Under the pieces are notes generated by a model. It was not told the DNA's origin. It saw nothing but the letters and a program-made list of their open reading frames with translations, and searched no databases. The position numbers and the translations under genes were made by a program. Of a stretch of 64,000 nt of DNA, positions 50,107 to 64,000 are shown piece after piece; the first letter of the stretch is position 1; each line of letters opens with the position of its first letter. Source of the stretch: Yuukianura sp. NJ FZ-2021 (lineage: Eukaryota); the NCBI GenBank assembly GCA_046563655.1, contig CM102287.1, positions 5,704,001-5,768,000 of the forward strand, read 5' to 3'.

Positions 50107-53100
50107 TTTGCGCCGGTGACCTTCCGTGTTGTTCTTTTGCTTATCCTTCGTAACCGTCCGTTCGGGTGTGGCGCGTTCAATGAGCAATCTACGACCTGGA
50201 GTTCCTAATCTTTATCAAAATTAGCTGCAGAAAAGCTCCAAAAGTTGACGTTGACAGTTGCCTCCCACTTCCACTGTTCAAAAGTCCAGTGCCAATTCTT
50301 TGATCTAAGGAAAATAAACAGAAACAGATAAGCAATTTCTGTCTCAGTATCAACCAAATTGATGTCCTTGGTGAATCACCCCTTTCGTGGACTTAAAAAT
50401 TAAGATTCAATTCAATCATTAATTCCCCGGAGTTATCGGCCTTGGCCTTGGTAATAAAAATGAAAACCGTATGATGAGTGATGGCTTTTTCTGATAAAAA
50501 TCTGTTTTTTTTTATCAAGATCTCTGGTTTGGATTTTGAAATGCAAAACATAAAATGCGTTACGTAAATTACAAATTTATAACTTACGGATTGAATTGAC
50601 CTTTGCCGACTCGTCAACTTTTGGCGACTGACGAGGACGATTGATTGACAACTTTACTCTCAATAGCGATACACAGCTGATCCTGACAAGGAAAATAAAC
50701 AATTGAAACATTTTCAATATCTCGCGCTGGCGTTTCTGGATTTACCATCGAACGAGAGAATGTGGCGAATGTGTCAAGCAGCTTCTTCTTACAATAGTAA
50801 TTTTATTGAATACAATACAAAGTGTTCCATAACGCATTTTTCTTATTTTGCGGTATATTTGGACACTCCATGGAAGTTATAAAGTTATAACTGTAATAAC
50901 TGTAGTTATAACTGTAACCATGTAACTAACATGTTATGTTAGTCAATTGTGCCAATTCCAAAAAATCCTTTTGTCCAAACGTCTCATTTTTACAATAACC
51001 TCGACTGAAACATGACAAAAAAAAAACATGCAATTTCTTTGAAAAGTGTGTAGCAAAATTTTTCGCGATAAAAAAGAAATTGAGCCATGTTTTAATTGAA
51101 AAAAAAGTTGTTGGTAACCCATTTCATTTTTATGAAGAAAAAAAATCAGAGCGATGGTTTTTTTTTTTCAGATTTTGTCACCGATTTTTTCTAAAGTTTT
51201 CTATATTTTTTTTTTTTGAATTTACCAGCAATCAGTACAACCTAAATAAGCACGCAAATTCTTCATGGCGTGGTTTAAAGCCTAAAACCAGCTCCCGTCA
51301 GCACATTAGTTTTCAGTGAGATTGGAGTGTGGTGACCTCTGACCTCTCTGACCTCCTTCTCTTCCATCTCGTCACCTTCTCCTGTTGAATTAATTTATCA
51401 AAGTTTGTAGAAACAAAGACTCTGTACTTCACAAGGGCACTCGACAGCAGAAGAAAGGGAGAGAAAGTGTTGCTAACTTTCTCCCGCCTTTCATCTGGCC
51501 GCTCATCTTCTTTAAAAGTTTTGGCACGGAGCCCTTCGGTCCAAAAATAGCACAACCCTGGGATCCCTCCGAGTGCCCATATTTCTCAATCAAGCCGTCA
51601 ATTGAGCCTAGGAGCTTCCTAAAAGTGGAGAGCCCTTAAGTCCACTAGTACAGCGTTTTAGAACTCCCGCTTACAGCACAAGGACTCAAGGTAAGGAAGG
51701 CGTGCCAAAGAATTTTGGATTTGAGCAAGGCAGTGATGCGTTATGAATATGGATTTTATTTGAGGCTATTATTGGCTCCAGCAGTCGTCATACATCAAAT
51801 GGCCCTCCAAAAAAATTCCTGGAAGTTGGCCAAGTGGGGTCAAGCTTTCCTTGCAATTTTTTTTGCAAACATTTTCCTTCCAATTTTGTTTTTGCAAAAC
51901 ATACTCTAAGTCCTTCCTATTACAAAACCTACACTTCCTATCCAACTGTGTTAAATTTCCAAATTGGCTTGGAAATGAGTCCCTTCCGGCGTTTCTTCTT
52001 CCTGCCCTGTTTTCTTTCCATCATTCATCCCAGCATAGGAGTTGATGAGAAATGCAAAAATTTTAGTAACATAAACTCCCATTTCTGAAAAAAATTTTCA
52101 CGAAAGACGCAAGTATTTTTTTTTTCGTGGAGAAAGCTCACTGCGGAGGAAGTTGAAACTGAGAAGGAGTGAAAGTTCCACCCACGCTTTGCTGCGGCCA
52201 TAGCAGTGGTGGATCACAGTGCAGAGCCACCGTCATGTCTTGTCTTCTTTTCCTGCGGTTTCGTTTTGCTGTTGAAAAGAAATGACAGAACAGGGAAAAG
52301 AAAATACCAAAAGACATTTTTATGCCGTTCCATCTTCCAAGTCTCTGGAAAATGGAAATTTCAGCACAGGAGAAAGTTGTCATTATGAATAAAGTTACAG
52401 TTTTTGTTACATTTTAGAGCATGGAGAAACGCTAACTAGAAAAAACCTAACTTTCATAACTCAACTTTCCCCATTTAATAGTTGAGGAATAAAACAGTTA
52501 CCGTCACGCGGGTCTCCTTCTCTTGCCACTTTCACTTTAATTTCATTTTCCATTTTGCTTACTTTATTCTAATGAACTCAGAATAGCCTAACCTAACTTA
52601 GCTTTTCAGACATTTTTAGTCCCCCTAGGCTTCATGCTTTGCAAACTTCCGCTGGAACAGTGTTTGAATGGAAGATTTCTAGCGGAGATTAACAGTGAAA
52701 GCATGAGAAGCAACATGGTTTTCACTTCCTGTTTCACAGTTCCGCCGTAGGAAAAAGGAAAACAAGGAAAAAGCTACAAGTTAAAATGTTCCTTCCAGGA
52801 ACAACCTCCATATTCAAAAGTTACTTTCTTCAACTGTTATGCTATGACTTTATGTTATATAAGTATGTATTATGTTGTATAATACAACTTTGCATTAGTA
52901 GCACAGTCCAAAATGAAAGTGAAATTATGAATTCAGAGGAATCGATATCCTAGCAACGAGCACTTAAAAGCATTATCCAAGTCGTTGCGTTGATACCGAA
53001 CAGTACTGCTGTTCTCTTGTCCAGTCCTTTAGAACAACACATTATTATTCCAACGTCTTTTATTTTTCAAGATTTTCAAAACAGAAACAACATTCTTATG

Positions 53101-56100
53101 AGCGGTTTAGCCTTGAAAGTATCCTGTTCCCAAAACGGACCATGAGTAAACAAAATGTACGACACGAATAAGTAAAAATAGGATTTTTTTGAAAAAGTTA
53201 TGCCAATCGATTCAAAATTCAGTTCGATTGTTTCTTCGTGTTTCACATGTCTACAAACTCAGACCTTCGATTTCAAAATCCCAATGGCCAGAATAAAAAA
53301 TAACCAAAAATAAAAGAAATGACGTAAAAAGTCATACTTTTCCTGTCTGTTTTTACCAAATGACATCATCATTTTATACAGACTGTGCCGTGTGCCATCA
53401 CCGCCGCGGTCCGCCTTGCCACCGCGGCAAAATACTTTCATATTGGCACGCTGTAGAGTTACTACCATTCCCTTTTCCCATCATATTTTTCACTCATAAT
53501 TTAATCGATTCCTGTCCCGCTGAGAAATTGAACATTTCCTCGAAGATTTATTTTTATTTCAAACGAAAAATTTCCTTCCAAAAAGGAATTTTCCTTTACA
53601 AAAAGAAAACTTTGCTTTAAAAAAGGGAAATTTTCGGTGAAAGACTTTGAAAATTCCAATTCGAATTGAAAATGTGAAACATGAAGTAAAAGCGTCGCCT
53701 ACAATTCGAGCCATTTCCGTCTTTGCTAAAGTTTAGGCGTTAGGTTAGGTTAGAATTCTACCACCCCCGAGAGTATGTAGGGATGATGATGTTGCTAACA
53801 AAGCTTCAAGGATGTGTAGGAGGATGGTCCATAATGGATCAGATTCAGTATGATATTATTGCCAAAATCAAAAAATATTCGAGCAGATCGTGCCGTTACC
53901 GTAGAAAGTTTTTCAACTTTTATCTTTACTTTCACCTTTTATTGTTCTCAAAACACTTCAGTAAGGTTCGAACTAAGTAAATTGTGTTCGTCGGTTTGAA
54001 AAAAGGCTGTAAGCAACAGCATAGGCAGACACTTCCGTCACTTTCCAATTTAAGTGCTGGAAGACTTTCGAAGTCATGGAGGCGTTTAGAGGTTCTTATG
54101 AAGCCTCACAAGAAAATAGGCGTACCTTGACACTCAGGAACGGTAACCTTCGCACTCCAGAACCTTATCATAATATTTCTTTAAAAAAGTGATTAACGAT
54201 AACAGGACAAACCTACGCCTAAGGATAACCTAAGCCAAAGAATGTCAATGAGAAGCCGTCCATCAGAGATTTTATGAAAATTGGCCGTCCATAGAAATTT
54301 TCGTCCATAAAGGACGGCTCAAACAATTCAGTAAAATTCCGTCCTAAACCTTCCGTTCCATAAATTTAACTGGAGAAGCGCCCTTGTTTGCTTGTTTACA
54401 ACTCTGTTAAACAAAAATACATCCATTGAAATCCCCGTGCATGAGTAGCCGTGCACAAGCGTCGAGGAAGAGTAGAAAGTAAGTAGGGAAGAAACATTTC
54501 CTGTTCGTTAGTCACTTTCTTGCTAATTAGTTCAAAAGTATCCCAGAACACTTTCTCCTGTCATCACCACACAAATCCATCGTACTCCCACTTATGCTAA
54601 ACTAAACTAGAATCCTGTATGATAAACTAGCGTAAGGAGAACATGTTAACTTAATTTTCCTAAATCCAGAAACTAAACTTACGAAAGACTCATCCTTCTG
54701 CTGCATACCTTCTGGGCATCATTTCTCAAATAATGCATACGAAACTATGGACTTAAAACTAACGTCACACAGTCATCATCACCCACGTTCTTCATTTTAA
54801 AATTTTAAGCCACAAGGCTTTCAAAAAACTAGTATCCTAATTGCTAAAAACGGAACTCTATTGTTTCAATGGCGGTTGAACTAATGTTAGTCGCTTTTAG
54901 TCTGTTGGATTTTAGTCTCCCAGTGATAGATTTATAGTCGTTTACAAAAGGAAGTGAACATTGGTCACATCATTACAAGGAACAAATGAATGTCAGATCC
55001 CCTAATAACTAATTAGCTCACCCTTGAAATTACGTGGGTGACTTGACTAATGTTCTTATGGTGTGAAGATCACATCCAAGGTTAGGTTAGGTTTCTAGTT
55101 CCAATAGATTTGTTCTAGAGTGTTATGACGCTATAAGTGTCACCAGCGTGAATTAGGTTACCCATCCCACTCAATTCGCCTAGTTTCAAAATTTCAAAAC
55201 AAAAACATTTTGAAAAAAAAAAAAAAAAAACTTTTTAGGTTGGTCATGTCCCTATTACTTATTCAAACCATCTCACATCCTTTCTCCATTTACAATACAT
55301 TGGGCCAAAAGTGTAATACGTAATTTTGAAACCATGCCAAACTTTGAACTTTAGTCAATTTTGAAATTTCATAAACTTTTGAAGTTGTGTGGAAAATTGA
55401 CCTTTAGTGTTTTTATGCTTCCGAACGTATGTCATCATTTGGAAAAAAATTATAAAGAATTGGGTGAGTAGGTGAGCAAAGCTTATGTTATACGTTAGGT
55501 CCTAATGAGAAAGCAAAAGAAAGCAGGAGCTTTGTCATCATAATGAAATTGTGAGTGTGACAAAAGGTGAGTCAGTCTGTACTTAACGTTTTTGTCATCA
55601 CCTCAAATTTCCTGGATTTGAGTTGATTAGCTTATGAACGTTTTTCACGGTATGCGTCTACAGAATAGACATTTTCTGATTTTTAATTTTTAAAGTTTAC
55701 TAAAATTCACGAAAGTGTTACCCGTTGTAACATTTTCCAAATAATTTCATTGTCTTTCAAACTTTAGTTGTTGGGTGCGATCTGTGACTTTCTCTAAATT
55801 TCAATTTTAATGTATAGATGGAATCACAGATTTTATGTACAGATGCATTAATGCATTAATGAAAAACCATTACATAGCCGTTAGAAAGCCAAATTTCTGT
55901 ATGAAATTTGTAAGAAAAAAAAGTAAAAGTAAAACAAAAATAAAAATAGAATGAACTATTGGAACTTCTGTCATGTTCATTTGCACAATTTCATATTTTT
56001 GAAAAGTTGAGTTTACATTAGGAGAAGAACGACATTTTAACGTTCTTGGTGGTTTAATTTGTTACACTGATGATGTCGTAGGCGTATAAGGCCAAAGGCA

Positions 56101-57391
56101 ACAGTGTCGTTGTCTATTGGGACCGTTTGCCACGTGGAGAAAGTTTTATGTGGCAAAGGAAAAGTTACACCTTAAGTGTCTTACCACTTGAGCAATATTT
56201 TCCTCTGTCTCATAATTTTACCCTCGAATGTTAAATTTTTAATTTTTCGTATCTTCAACGATTTCCAACAGATCGCGTCACATTTTCATAAGAAAACGTG
56301 AGTTTCAGTGACACGCTTTAACGTCGTATGAAAAAAAACTAGAAACAGCTCTGCCCGATATCACGCGACAAGCGTTCAGTTCGAGCGATCAGTCTGGGAA
56401 CCAATATTAATAACAATTTTGAAGTAGTAAATTAATTTTGTAACTTACTAAGATAACTGCAATAAAAATACAATAACTTGAAAAAGCAGTTCGTTAGTAG
56501 TTGTTTCGTTCACTCGGCTTAGCTCACTTGGAGTTTTAGTTAACCCTCCTTTGGGTTAGAATTAATTCAAAATTGGGAATCACGCAAACTCAAATTGTTT
56601 TCACCGTCGTGCATTGAAAAGTAAATCTAAGTAAACATGATTCATGATTCTTTTCAAAATGACTTACTAGGGCACCAGTCCTGTGAACCAACCCCTGAAT
56701 TTGTGGATATCGTAGCAATGTGGCCTGGAGGAGGACTTGGTTGAGGATGGTTGCGAAGAGGCATGTCTAACCTAACCAGTGTCTGCCTGTGTCCAGGGAA
56801 GGCACTGTGCCCTTTCCTTTTCCTTTTGTGTGTAGGCGGTAGTAGGCATTATGCCTCCGAATTCGGAGTTTCCCCACTTGCTTTCTCCCTCTCCAGCCAC
56901 AAGGACTTTCTTATTCAGTCTCACTCCAGCCACTCTGTCAACCAGACCAACTACCCTAACGGCTCTCCAACAAACATTAACCAAAGCGTGCTAAAGCCTT
57001 TTGGACATGGTCAACTGCACACAGTGAAGTGAGGACCCGATTCTATTCAGCCCTGCCACTCAATCCTTGGCCACAGTCAAATCTTGTCACGGAAGCATCC
57101 AGACCTAAGGTCAAGATCATCGTCTGGACTGCTGCTAAAAACTTCTGGATCTTCTTCAGAACTGCTTGGCTTCTGATGTCACCTCACATGGGGACACGCC
57201 ACAACCTCACGATCAGCCAATCACATCCAACTATGATTTCCGTCTAAACAGGATCATTCCAAACATAGTAGGGCCAAGGATCTAAGGGCTGCTCACTTTT
57301 CCTAACAGCGTTAGGTTAACCTAACAAAATTTTAAGTGACTCTTGGACCAAGAGTGACCTCAGAAGGAACCTAATCTCCGACATATTCAAA

Positions 57392-57842
57392 ATGGAAGGA
57401 TACTTAAGGCTCACCCTCACGGCTCTTGTTGTGCTGACCCTCTGCGGCTCCGTTGTCGTTGCCCTGACGCTGCCAAGTCAAGCTAAAGAAACTTCGGAGC
57501 GGGAGAAGGAGGGGCGGTGGGGACGTGTTGCTCCGACGATTCCTATCTGGAGCTTCCTCCAGCGCCACCCCGTTGGAGACGGTGGTTCCGGTGGCTCAAG
57601 TCTGGTGGCTCACAGTCCTCCTCGGCCCAGGGACAAGCCGAAACGCGCTGCGTCACCGTACGCGTCAGACAGCAGCGATTCTGATGAGATTCTGAAGGCC
57701 GAAGACCTTGCCTCCCTCCTCAGTTCCAAAGCGCGACTTTTGAATAACTCCAAGCGATCCCCTTCCTACTCCATCTCAGGAGACTCAAGTAGAAAGACAG
57801 ACGACATCAAGCGAAGTCGTCCTTATGATGTACCTCTCATAG
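57392..57842 (+). CDS. jeb: First coding exon of a secreted precursor, probably jelly belly (ALK ligand); the rest lies beyond the window
   Basis: Signal peptide MEGYLRLTLTALVVLTLCGSVVVA and several KR dibasic sites. The exon ends KRSRPYDVPLI before a GTAAG donor, resembling the YDVPQIECP motif I recall preceding the Jeb LDLa domain. The LDLa exon was not seen in the window. Confidence 0.6.
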
Positions 57843-60800
57843 GTAAGCAAATGACCTTTGACCTCTTCGCATTTCACTCCGAGAGGTAGCTGCACTCAAC
57901 TTGACCTCTAGCATTCCACTTTTCATTCTAAATTACCTGCAAGTATAATCATTTGCATTTCAAAACCTTCAATTTAGTACTTTCCCTTCAGCAGCATTTA
58001 AATGTTTTCAAAACAAAACTCTCAGTCCCCCTCTAGCGCTATTCTGGCTTTTAGCAAATTTTATTCGCACCAGCTAACCAGAATTTTGTTTTATGTAAAA
58101 CCAAAATTGTTCAAATTTGTATGATAAAAATCGTTGCGACTGATGACTTACTTCATTTTGAAGTTCCTTTTAGTTGTAAAGCTAAATTAACAGAAAACTT
58201 TCATATAAGGTTTGGTTTTTAGTGCAAATTGACTATTCAACTCTCGAAGAAAGTTTTTGCTTTTGTATCTTAATTTCTTGTCACAAATTTTTTGGCCAAC
58301 TTTGCAAAAAACTAGGGATCAAGCGATCCGCTAAGCTTTGCATTTCCCATTTCATTTTTACGGAAAAAGTTGTAAAAAGTGTGAAAAAATGAGTTGGAAG
58401 AAAAGAAACCTGTTGAGGGTGGAGCGATTAGATCGAGAGCTGTTGGCCTCAGTTGGTACTTGTAACAGTAATAATTCCTTCCGAGAAATGGAACGGATTT
58501 CCAAGAAGTGGTCAAAAACTAAGCCAAGTAGCCACTAGAACACAAAATGGCTTTCTAGAAATCTTGCCACCAGTAGAAACTACTGCAAGTACTAAACAAA
58601 CTACGATCGCCCTCGGATATTGCTTCACCCCGTATGACCCAGACACTGTCCAGGTTTGAACTCTGAGAAGGAAGTTGGGATAGAGCGGCGGGAAGTATTT
58701 GAATGAAAAAGTACCTAAAACGAAAAGTAAAAAAACGAGTTCATTCATTCCTAGCGTAACTTTCTCCTGTGCTACCCGAAATGAGGGCACCAAAACACAA
58801 GGCGGAAAGTCCTGTTTAAACCTTCCGCTGGGCTAATATGGAAATCTTGTTGCTTTTTTCCTTGTCAAAACAGGTGAAAGTCAAAAACTCAAAACCTGGA
58901 ATAGTTTTCCTAACTTCAACGCAGGAAAAGTGGTCAAAAGAATGTAAAATCTGCAGAAAAAATGAAATGTCCACACTGTAGAAAACGTTTTTTCTCTCAA
59001 AAAAGAGAAATTCAAGATTTTATGAATTTTCAAATCGACCATGATACCATGAAATATAAGTGGTAAAACCATCTTATGTTTAAGGTTATTTGTTAAGGCA
59101 ACATGTGATGTTATGTTAGGGTGTTAGGATTTGTCACTTGGGAAAGTGGATTCTTGGAACATTAGGTTTCATTTCTGGATGAAGTCATTAAAAAGTCCGC
59201 CATAATGAAGAATTGTCTGCAGTTCTTGGAAGGTAAAAGTTCACATGCAAAAATTATAAAGTTTACGATTCCGTCATGTTTGTAGCCTCAGCAGAGGCGG
59301 AGGGAGGAAACGTCAAACCTTTTGCGTGTGATCAATAATCCATTGCCACTTAGCATGTTGGAACATTTTCAAAAAAAATCGGAAATTGTTTTTTTTTTAG
59401 AAAATTGTACTTTTATCAGTTCTATCTCTTTCACCTTCCCTGGTGTTGTTCTGTTTGATCGCCCTTTGAGGCTAATCACTTTCCTTTACTAATAACTTTG
59501 TTACTAAACTTGTTAAGTTAAGATAGTTTTCAATTAGCTTTCTCTTGTAACCCAATTTCCTTTAGGAAATAGATAACTTGCTGTCACTTCTTGGTTGAAG
59601 TAAGGAAGAAAACATCTCGTTGTGTCTTGTAACACACCGACCAAGGAAACACTACAACCTCATCTTCTTCTCTTTGAAAAATGAATTGGACTCTCATCCA
59701 TTATTCATTTGAAATCATCCGGCGGATCAATCCCTGCCTCCTTCGCTCTCTCTTTTTTTTTCTTGCCAAAAAGCCAAACAGATTCCCTTACTCTAGAATC
59801 CCATGAATCTTGAAGTATTATGACAGGAATTAGATGTTGGTGGAAGAAAAGGAAGAAGAAAATTCAGAAATAGAAAAGATATCAAGGGTCATTGGATCTC
59901 TCTTCCACAATTCCACAAATTTTTGATAAACTCTATCCGCCCATAACCCAAATTCTAAAGTTGAGGTAATAAGGCGTTCCAGAACTGAAAATAACCAAAA
60001 AAGAGGAAATAAAAAAGTGAAAGTTGCGTAAATTTCGTTTCTTTACAAACTGCAATCCTAATGGATCCAATTCAGCCGAAACTCAACCCAATAGCCAAAA
60101 CCTAACGTTTGTATATAACCTAACCTAAACCTAATTGAGAAAACTCAACTATCGATGATTGCCCAAGGATAAAAAAATAAGCGGAGTGACGCATGTTGTT
60201 GGAATTGGAAGAAAGCGGCAGACGTTTGTTCTTTCCGTTTCACTTTCACTTTCGGCTTTTCTTTTTCCTTCAATAACAAGTTCAAAAAAGAACAAAAAGC
60301 GGCGGGCACAGAGACTGATTGTCATTTGCCGATTTAATTCCAATGTCAACACAATTTTAATTAAGTTTCAATTCAAAAACAGCTCTAATTTCTCTACAAT
60401 CTTTTGATCTCTTGCAAGTTCCATTTTCTTCTGAAAGGAATAAGAGAATTTTCAAGTTTTTGTCTAAAGTGGTGCATATTTAGCAATGAAAGTATTCAAT
60501 TATTTGGATTAATTTAAAGATTCAATTATACTTGAAAGTCTATTAGGAGTAACTTGCGTCATAGGAAGAAGGTGATTGTTCACACAAATTTGAGCATTAA
60601 TCGAAACCTGTTACTCCCCCTATCCTGTTAATTAATTGCTACAAATTGGACAACGACTTTCACTTGCGTCAGAGCTCTATTCAACTTACGCAAATATTTT
60701 GGTTGTTTTCTGTTCTCACGGGACGAACGAAAAGGCGTTGGTATGTAATTAAATCCAATGTTAGGTTAGGCTACGACAAACAGAAGGAGGTAAAGGAGTA

Positions 60801-63800
60801 ACCAAAAAAGAGAAAGTTTGAGAAACTAATCTTGGATTCATATCTGAGTGTGGATTGTTACACTGCATGTTACGTTAGGTTTTAGGCTAAAAATAGGTTA
60901 TTTCTGACGTGCTAATCCACAGAGGCACGAGGACTGATTACTTTCTCCCTTTGTTGTTGTTCCTCCCCACAGAATGTCTTAATAGGACTTTTGGAAAGTC
61001 CTATCTATAGCTCCACTTAAGTCATAGTTCCAGGGTCAATATCTTCCGGCTGAATGAATTTTGCCGTGAGGACTAAGAACTCCTAAAACCTTGGGCTTCT
61101 AACCAAAAAGACTAAAACCGTAACTTAGAAAGGCTAAAAGCCCAATGCTAACCAATAGACTCATGGATATGTTCAATGAGTCCCACGAGACCCGCCCAAA
61201 TCCAGAACCACCCGGAGAAAGAACGCTTATAACCAGAAAACAGAGCGTAATAAAAATGGATTTAAAAAATTTAAGCTCTTTCCATCGTCAGGTTTTACTT
61301 TTTGTGCTTTCTCGGAATTCCAGACGGCAGACACAAGCAAAACCTCATCTCATTAGGCAGTTGATGACAATTTTTTGCAATTTGGCAATTTGTGTCCTTT
61401 TGCTCAGTTTTAAGAGTTTTTGAAAGGAAATAGTAATATTTTCGGAGTGCCTCTAATGTATTAGTTACGGCTTCCTAACCTAAAATTCTGCTGCTCCAGA
61501 ATCTAGAATTGGCTGGAGGCTGTAATCCTAGGATGGCTTTTGGTTTGGTTTGTTAGGTTAAGTACAAATGGGCATTAGGTTAGTTAGGCACAAATAAACC
61601 TAGTACAAATGGAATGTTCATGTTCTAGGGGAAAATAAAAGTTGGCTCCTGTCTCTGTAGAGAAGGAAAAAGTGTAACCTAACGTAATAGGATTCTGTAG
61701 TAAAAGTTTTAGAGATGAAGCGACCATTAGTGTCAACTTGGCTCAAAATCTCCGTTTTTATGCATTTCTCCATATGTAGTAAAATTTAATTTTTATTTTG
61801 GTCAAAGATGGTTGCAGTTTTCTTTCACTAAAAGTTGCCAATGCCTATTAAGTTTATAATACATTAACTTTTTTGGGAAGCCCTAACCTAACTTTGATTT
61901 TTGGACTTTGGATAGCCATCGGTTTTTAAAGTTTGGCGTTGTGATTGAGGAAAAAGTGTTTCCTTTCTGTAGGATTCGAATACTTAAATGACAGTTTCTG
62001 GGTTTTAAAGTTCAAAAAAGTTTTAAAAACGAAGTTTAAAAAATAAACGCCCTTGAGACAGTTTAAAAAGTCAGTTTAAGACGTCAGTTCTGTCCCAGTC
62101 GCTTTCACCATTTCTTTCTAAATGGCCATTAATGACACTGTGTTGTTCAGGAAAGAGTAGACAACCACTAACAAGTTTGTTGAACTGAAAAATTTTCTGA
62201 GGTGCTGATGACGTCCCAAATTCAAAGAAAACAATCCGGCCAATTTACTTTTTTTGCAGACATGTTTTTTTGTGTTCATTTGGTCCCAGACATAGCTGAT
62301 TTTGAAAAGAATGCCATGAAAAAGTTTTTGCGGTGTCGACGTTTTAGTGAACAACCCTGTACTATTTATTACCTTAAAGAAAAAAAGTATTTTTTTTTTG
62401 CTTTCGCTTATATTACTATTTCATAGCTTATTGCTTTCTAAACAATCCAAATTGTAGATATTTTAGTTAATAATTGGATTGCATGGGACAATTTTAGCCA
62501 CTTTTTGGACTAGTCTACTCTATAAAGCCTATTTCCAAAATAGTTCGACTTTATTTGCTATTTTTTTTTGAACATTAAGAATTACAAACCCTTTCATTAC
62601 TAAAAATCGCCATTTCAAAAATGCAGAAAGGCGTGCTAATTTTCATATTTGAAGTGACAGGGTGTCTAATTAGGCTGTCCACAAACGTCGACGGTACGCC
62701 ATCGAGCTAAATCTAAAACTAAAATTACGAAACTTAAGTATAACCTTATAACTAAAAAAAATATCTATTTTTACACAAACTTAGCCAACTTACAAAAGAC
62801 AACTTTCGCGAATCTAACAAAGTTATAAAAAATTCACAAGCCTACTCGAAAAACAGTGGCCAAATCTAAAATAAGCCATCAGCACCTAAGAAAATTTGTT
62901 CCAATTTCCTTGTCCTCCACCTCCGCATTGTTGGAAATCAAAATTTGGACAAATTACCTATTCTGTTTTTTTTTTCCAAAAGTAAGTTGTGATTCACAAC
63001 TCTTGAACTGCCAAGCAACAAAATAGTAGCAAGAGGAGACCTGCCAAAGTGGCTCAAATCTAATTTGAAGTAACGAGGATGACCTTTTGCTTCTCTCCCT
63101 CCCTTCGTTATTGAATTACGTGTCCAAACTCACCCAAAGTCCAGAAAACACGAAGAGACGAAAGCACGGACAGCACAACTTTCTTTTTTGATTTCTGTGT
63201 GGAATTGACACAAAAATTGAATTTCACTTTGTCCTTTTTAGAATATCCATGTTTGTAGGTTGTCAATTTGCGTGGGTTGAGGGCTTAGGTGGGATGGATT
63301 CTGCGAATGACCTTATGTGACCCCAGTCAAGGTCACAACTGAAACATTTGAAAGAATTGGTTAGGTTATGTTTATAGGCAACTAAGTGGCTGAAATCTTT
63401 GTTTGTCGTTTGGAGTCTGTTTGATCCCGTGTCCCTCGAGACTTAAAGCAGCTAAACTCTACATATGAATCAAAAGGCTTAAGTGTTCCAAGTCCATTTG
63501 TTTCTGAACAAAATCGGAGAAATAAAAGTTCTATTTTGGAAATAGGATGAGGAGAAAGTAAAAAAGTAAAGTGAAGCACTTGCTAAATAGTTTATGCAAC
63601 CAACTTTCTCTGACAACTTCACCTTCCCAAATCTTTTTAAATCTTTTTTATGTTTTGGGAAAACTTTCCTGAAAAATGAAAAGAAAAGCGGGCGAAAACT
63701 TTTCAAATGTAAGAATTAGAGACAAGAAATGAACGTATCGCTCTATAGTGGTTAGGTTAGGAATGAAACCAAGACATAAAGCTAACTTTACTTCATAAAA

Positions 63801-64000
63801 CATATTGCCCATGAGAGAAAAGGAAATAGAAAGCTGCTGCTACAAGGGATGTACATTAGCAAGTTGTTATTTCAAAAGCATAAGACTTTTAACATAAAGC
63901 TGACAATTTGAAGCTAAAAAGTTTTTCGAGAACAAAAAAAATGAAAAAAAAAAACCTAATACGTTACTTTCTCTATTCTACGTAGCGTGAACCAAAACAA

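Noticed and set aside
50107..50187. N-terminal extension of DCP2
   Set aside because: It starts at TTG in the ORF track; the first AUG is at 50106 and there is no evidence for non-AUG initiation.
50300..57300. Many 60-90 aa ORFs here and in 58000-64000
   Set aside because: F/K/L-rich translations of AT-rich non-coding DNA; probably the regulatory region and large intron of the jeb-like gene.

Overview
Eukaryotic, AT-rich arthropod genomic DNA with short (about 60-100 nt) GT-AG introns. A basal hexapod such as a springtail is plausible, but that is inference only. Genes in order: 3' end of a Cad88C/Bt-R1-type cadherin (+), FBXW9-like (+), RR-2 cuticle protein (+), Gly/Tyr-rich secreted protein (+), a second RR-2 cuticle protein (+), S-adenosylmethionine decarboxylase (-), SCAF4/8 (-), RCAN/sarah (-), a protein with an enkurin-like motif (+), gcm (-), an MDM2-like gene with no visible p53-binding domain (+), DCP2 (-), and the first coding exon of a probable jelly belly gene (+). 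Several non-autonomous inverted-repeat transposons are present, two with perfect 8-bp target-site duplications. The most interesting locus is SAMDC, which may carry a multi-layer polyamine-feedback system: (1) the CDS ends in Lys-Phe-Pro-Ser-stop, followed by an in-frame stop-free 128-codon tail like vertebrate AMD1; (2) the predicted leader holds a near-cognate-start Lys-Leu-Pro-Ser-stop micro-uORF; (3) the intron in front of the autoprocessing-site exon contains GC-rich structured islands and candidate poison exons; (4) the leader appears to abut the SCAF4/8 3' UTR. All exon structures were deduced by eye.
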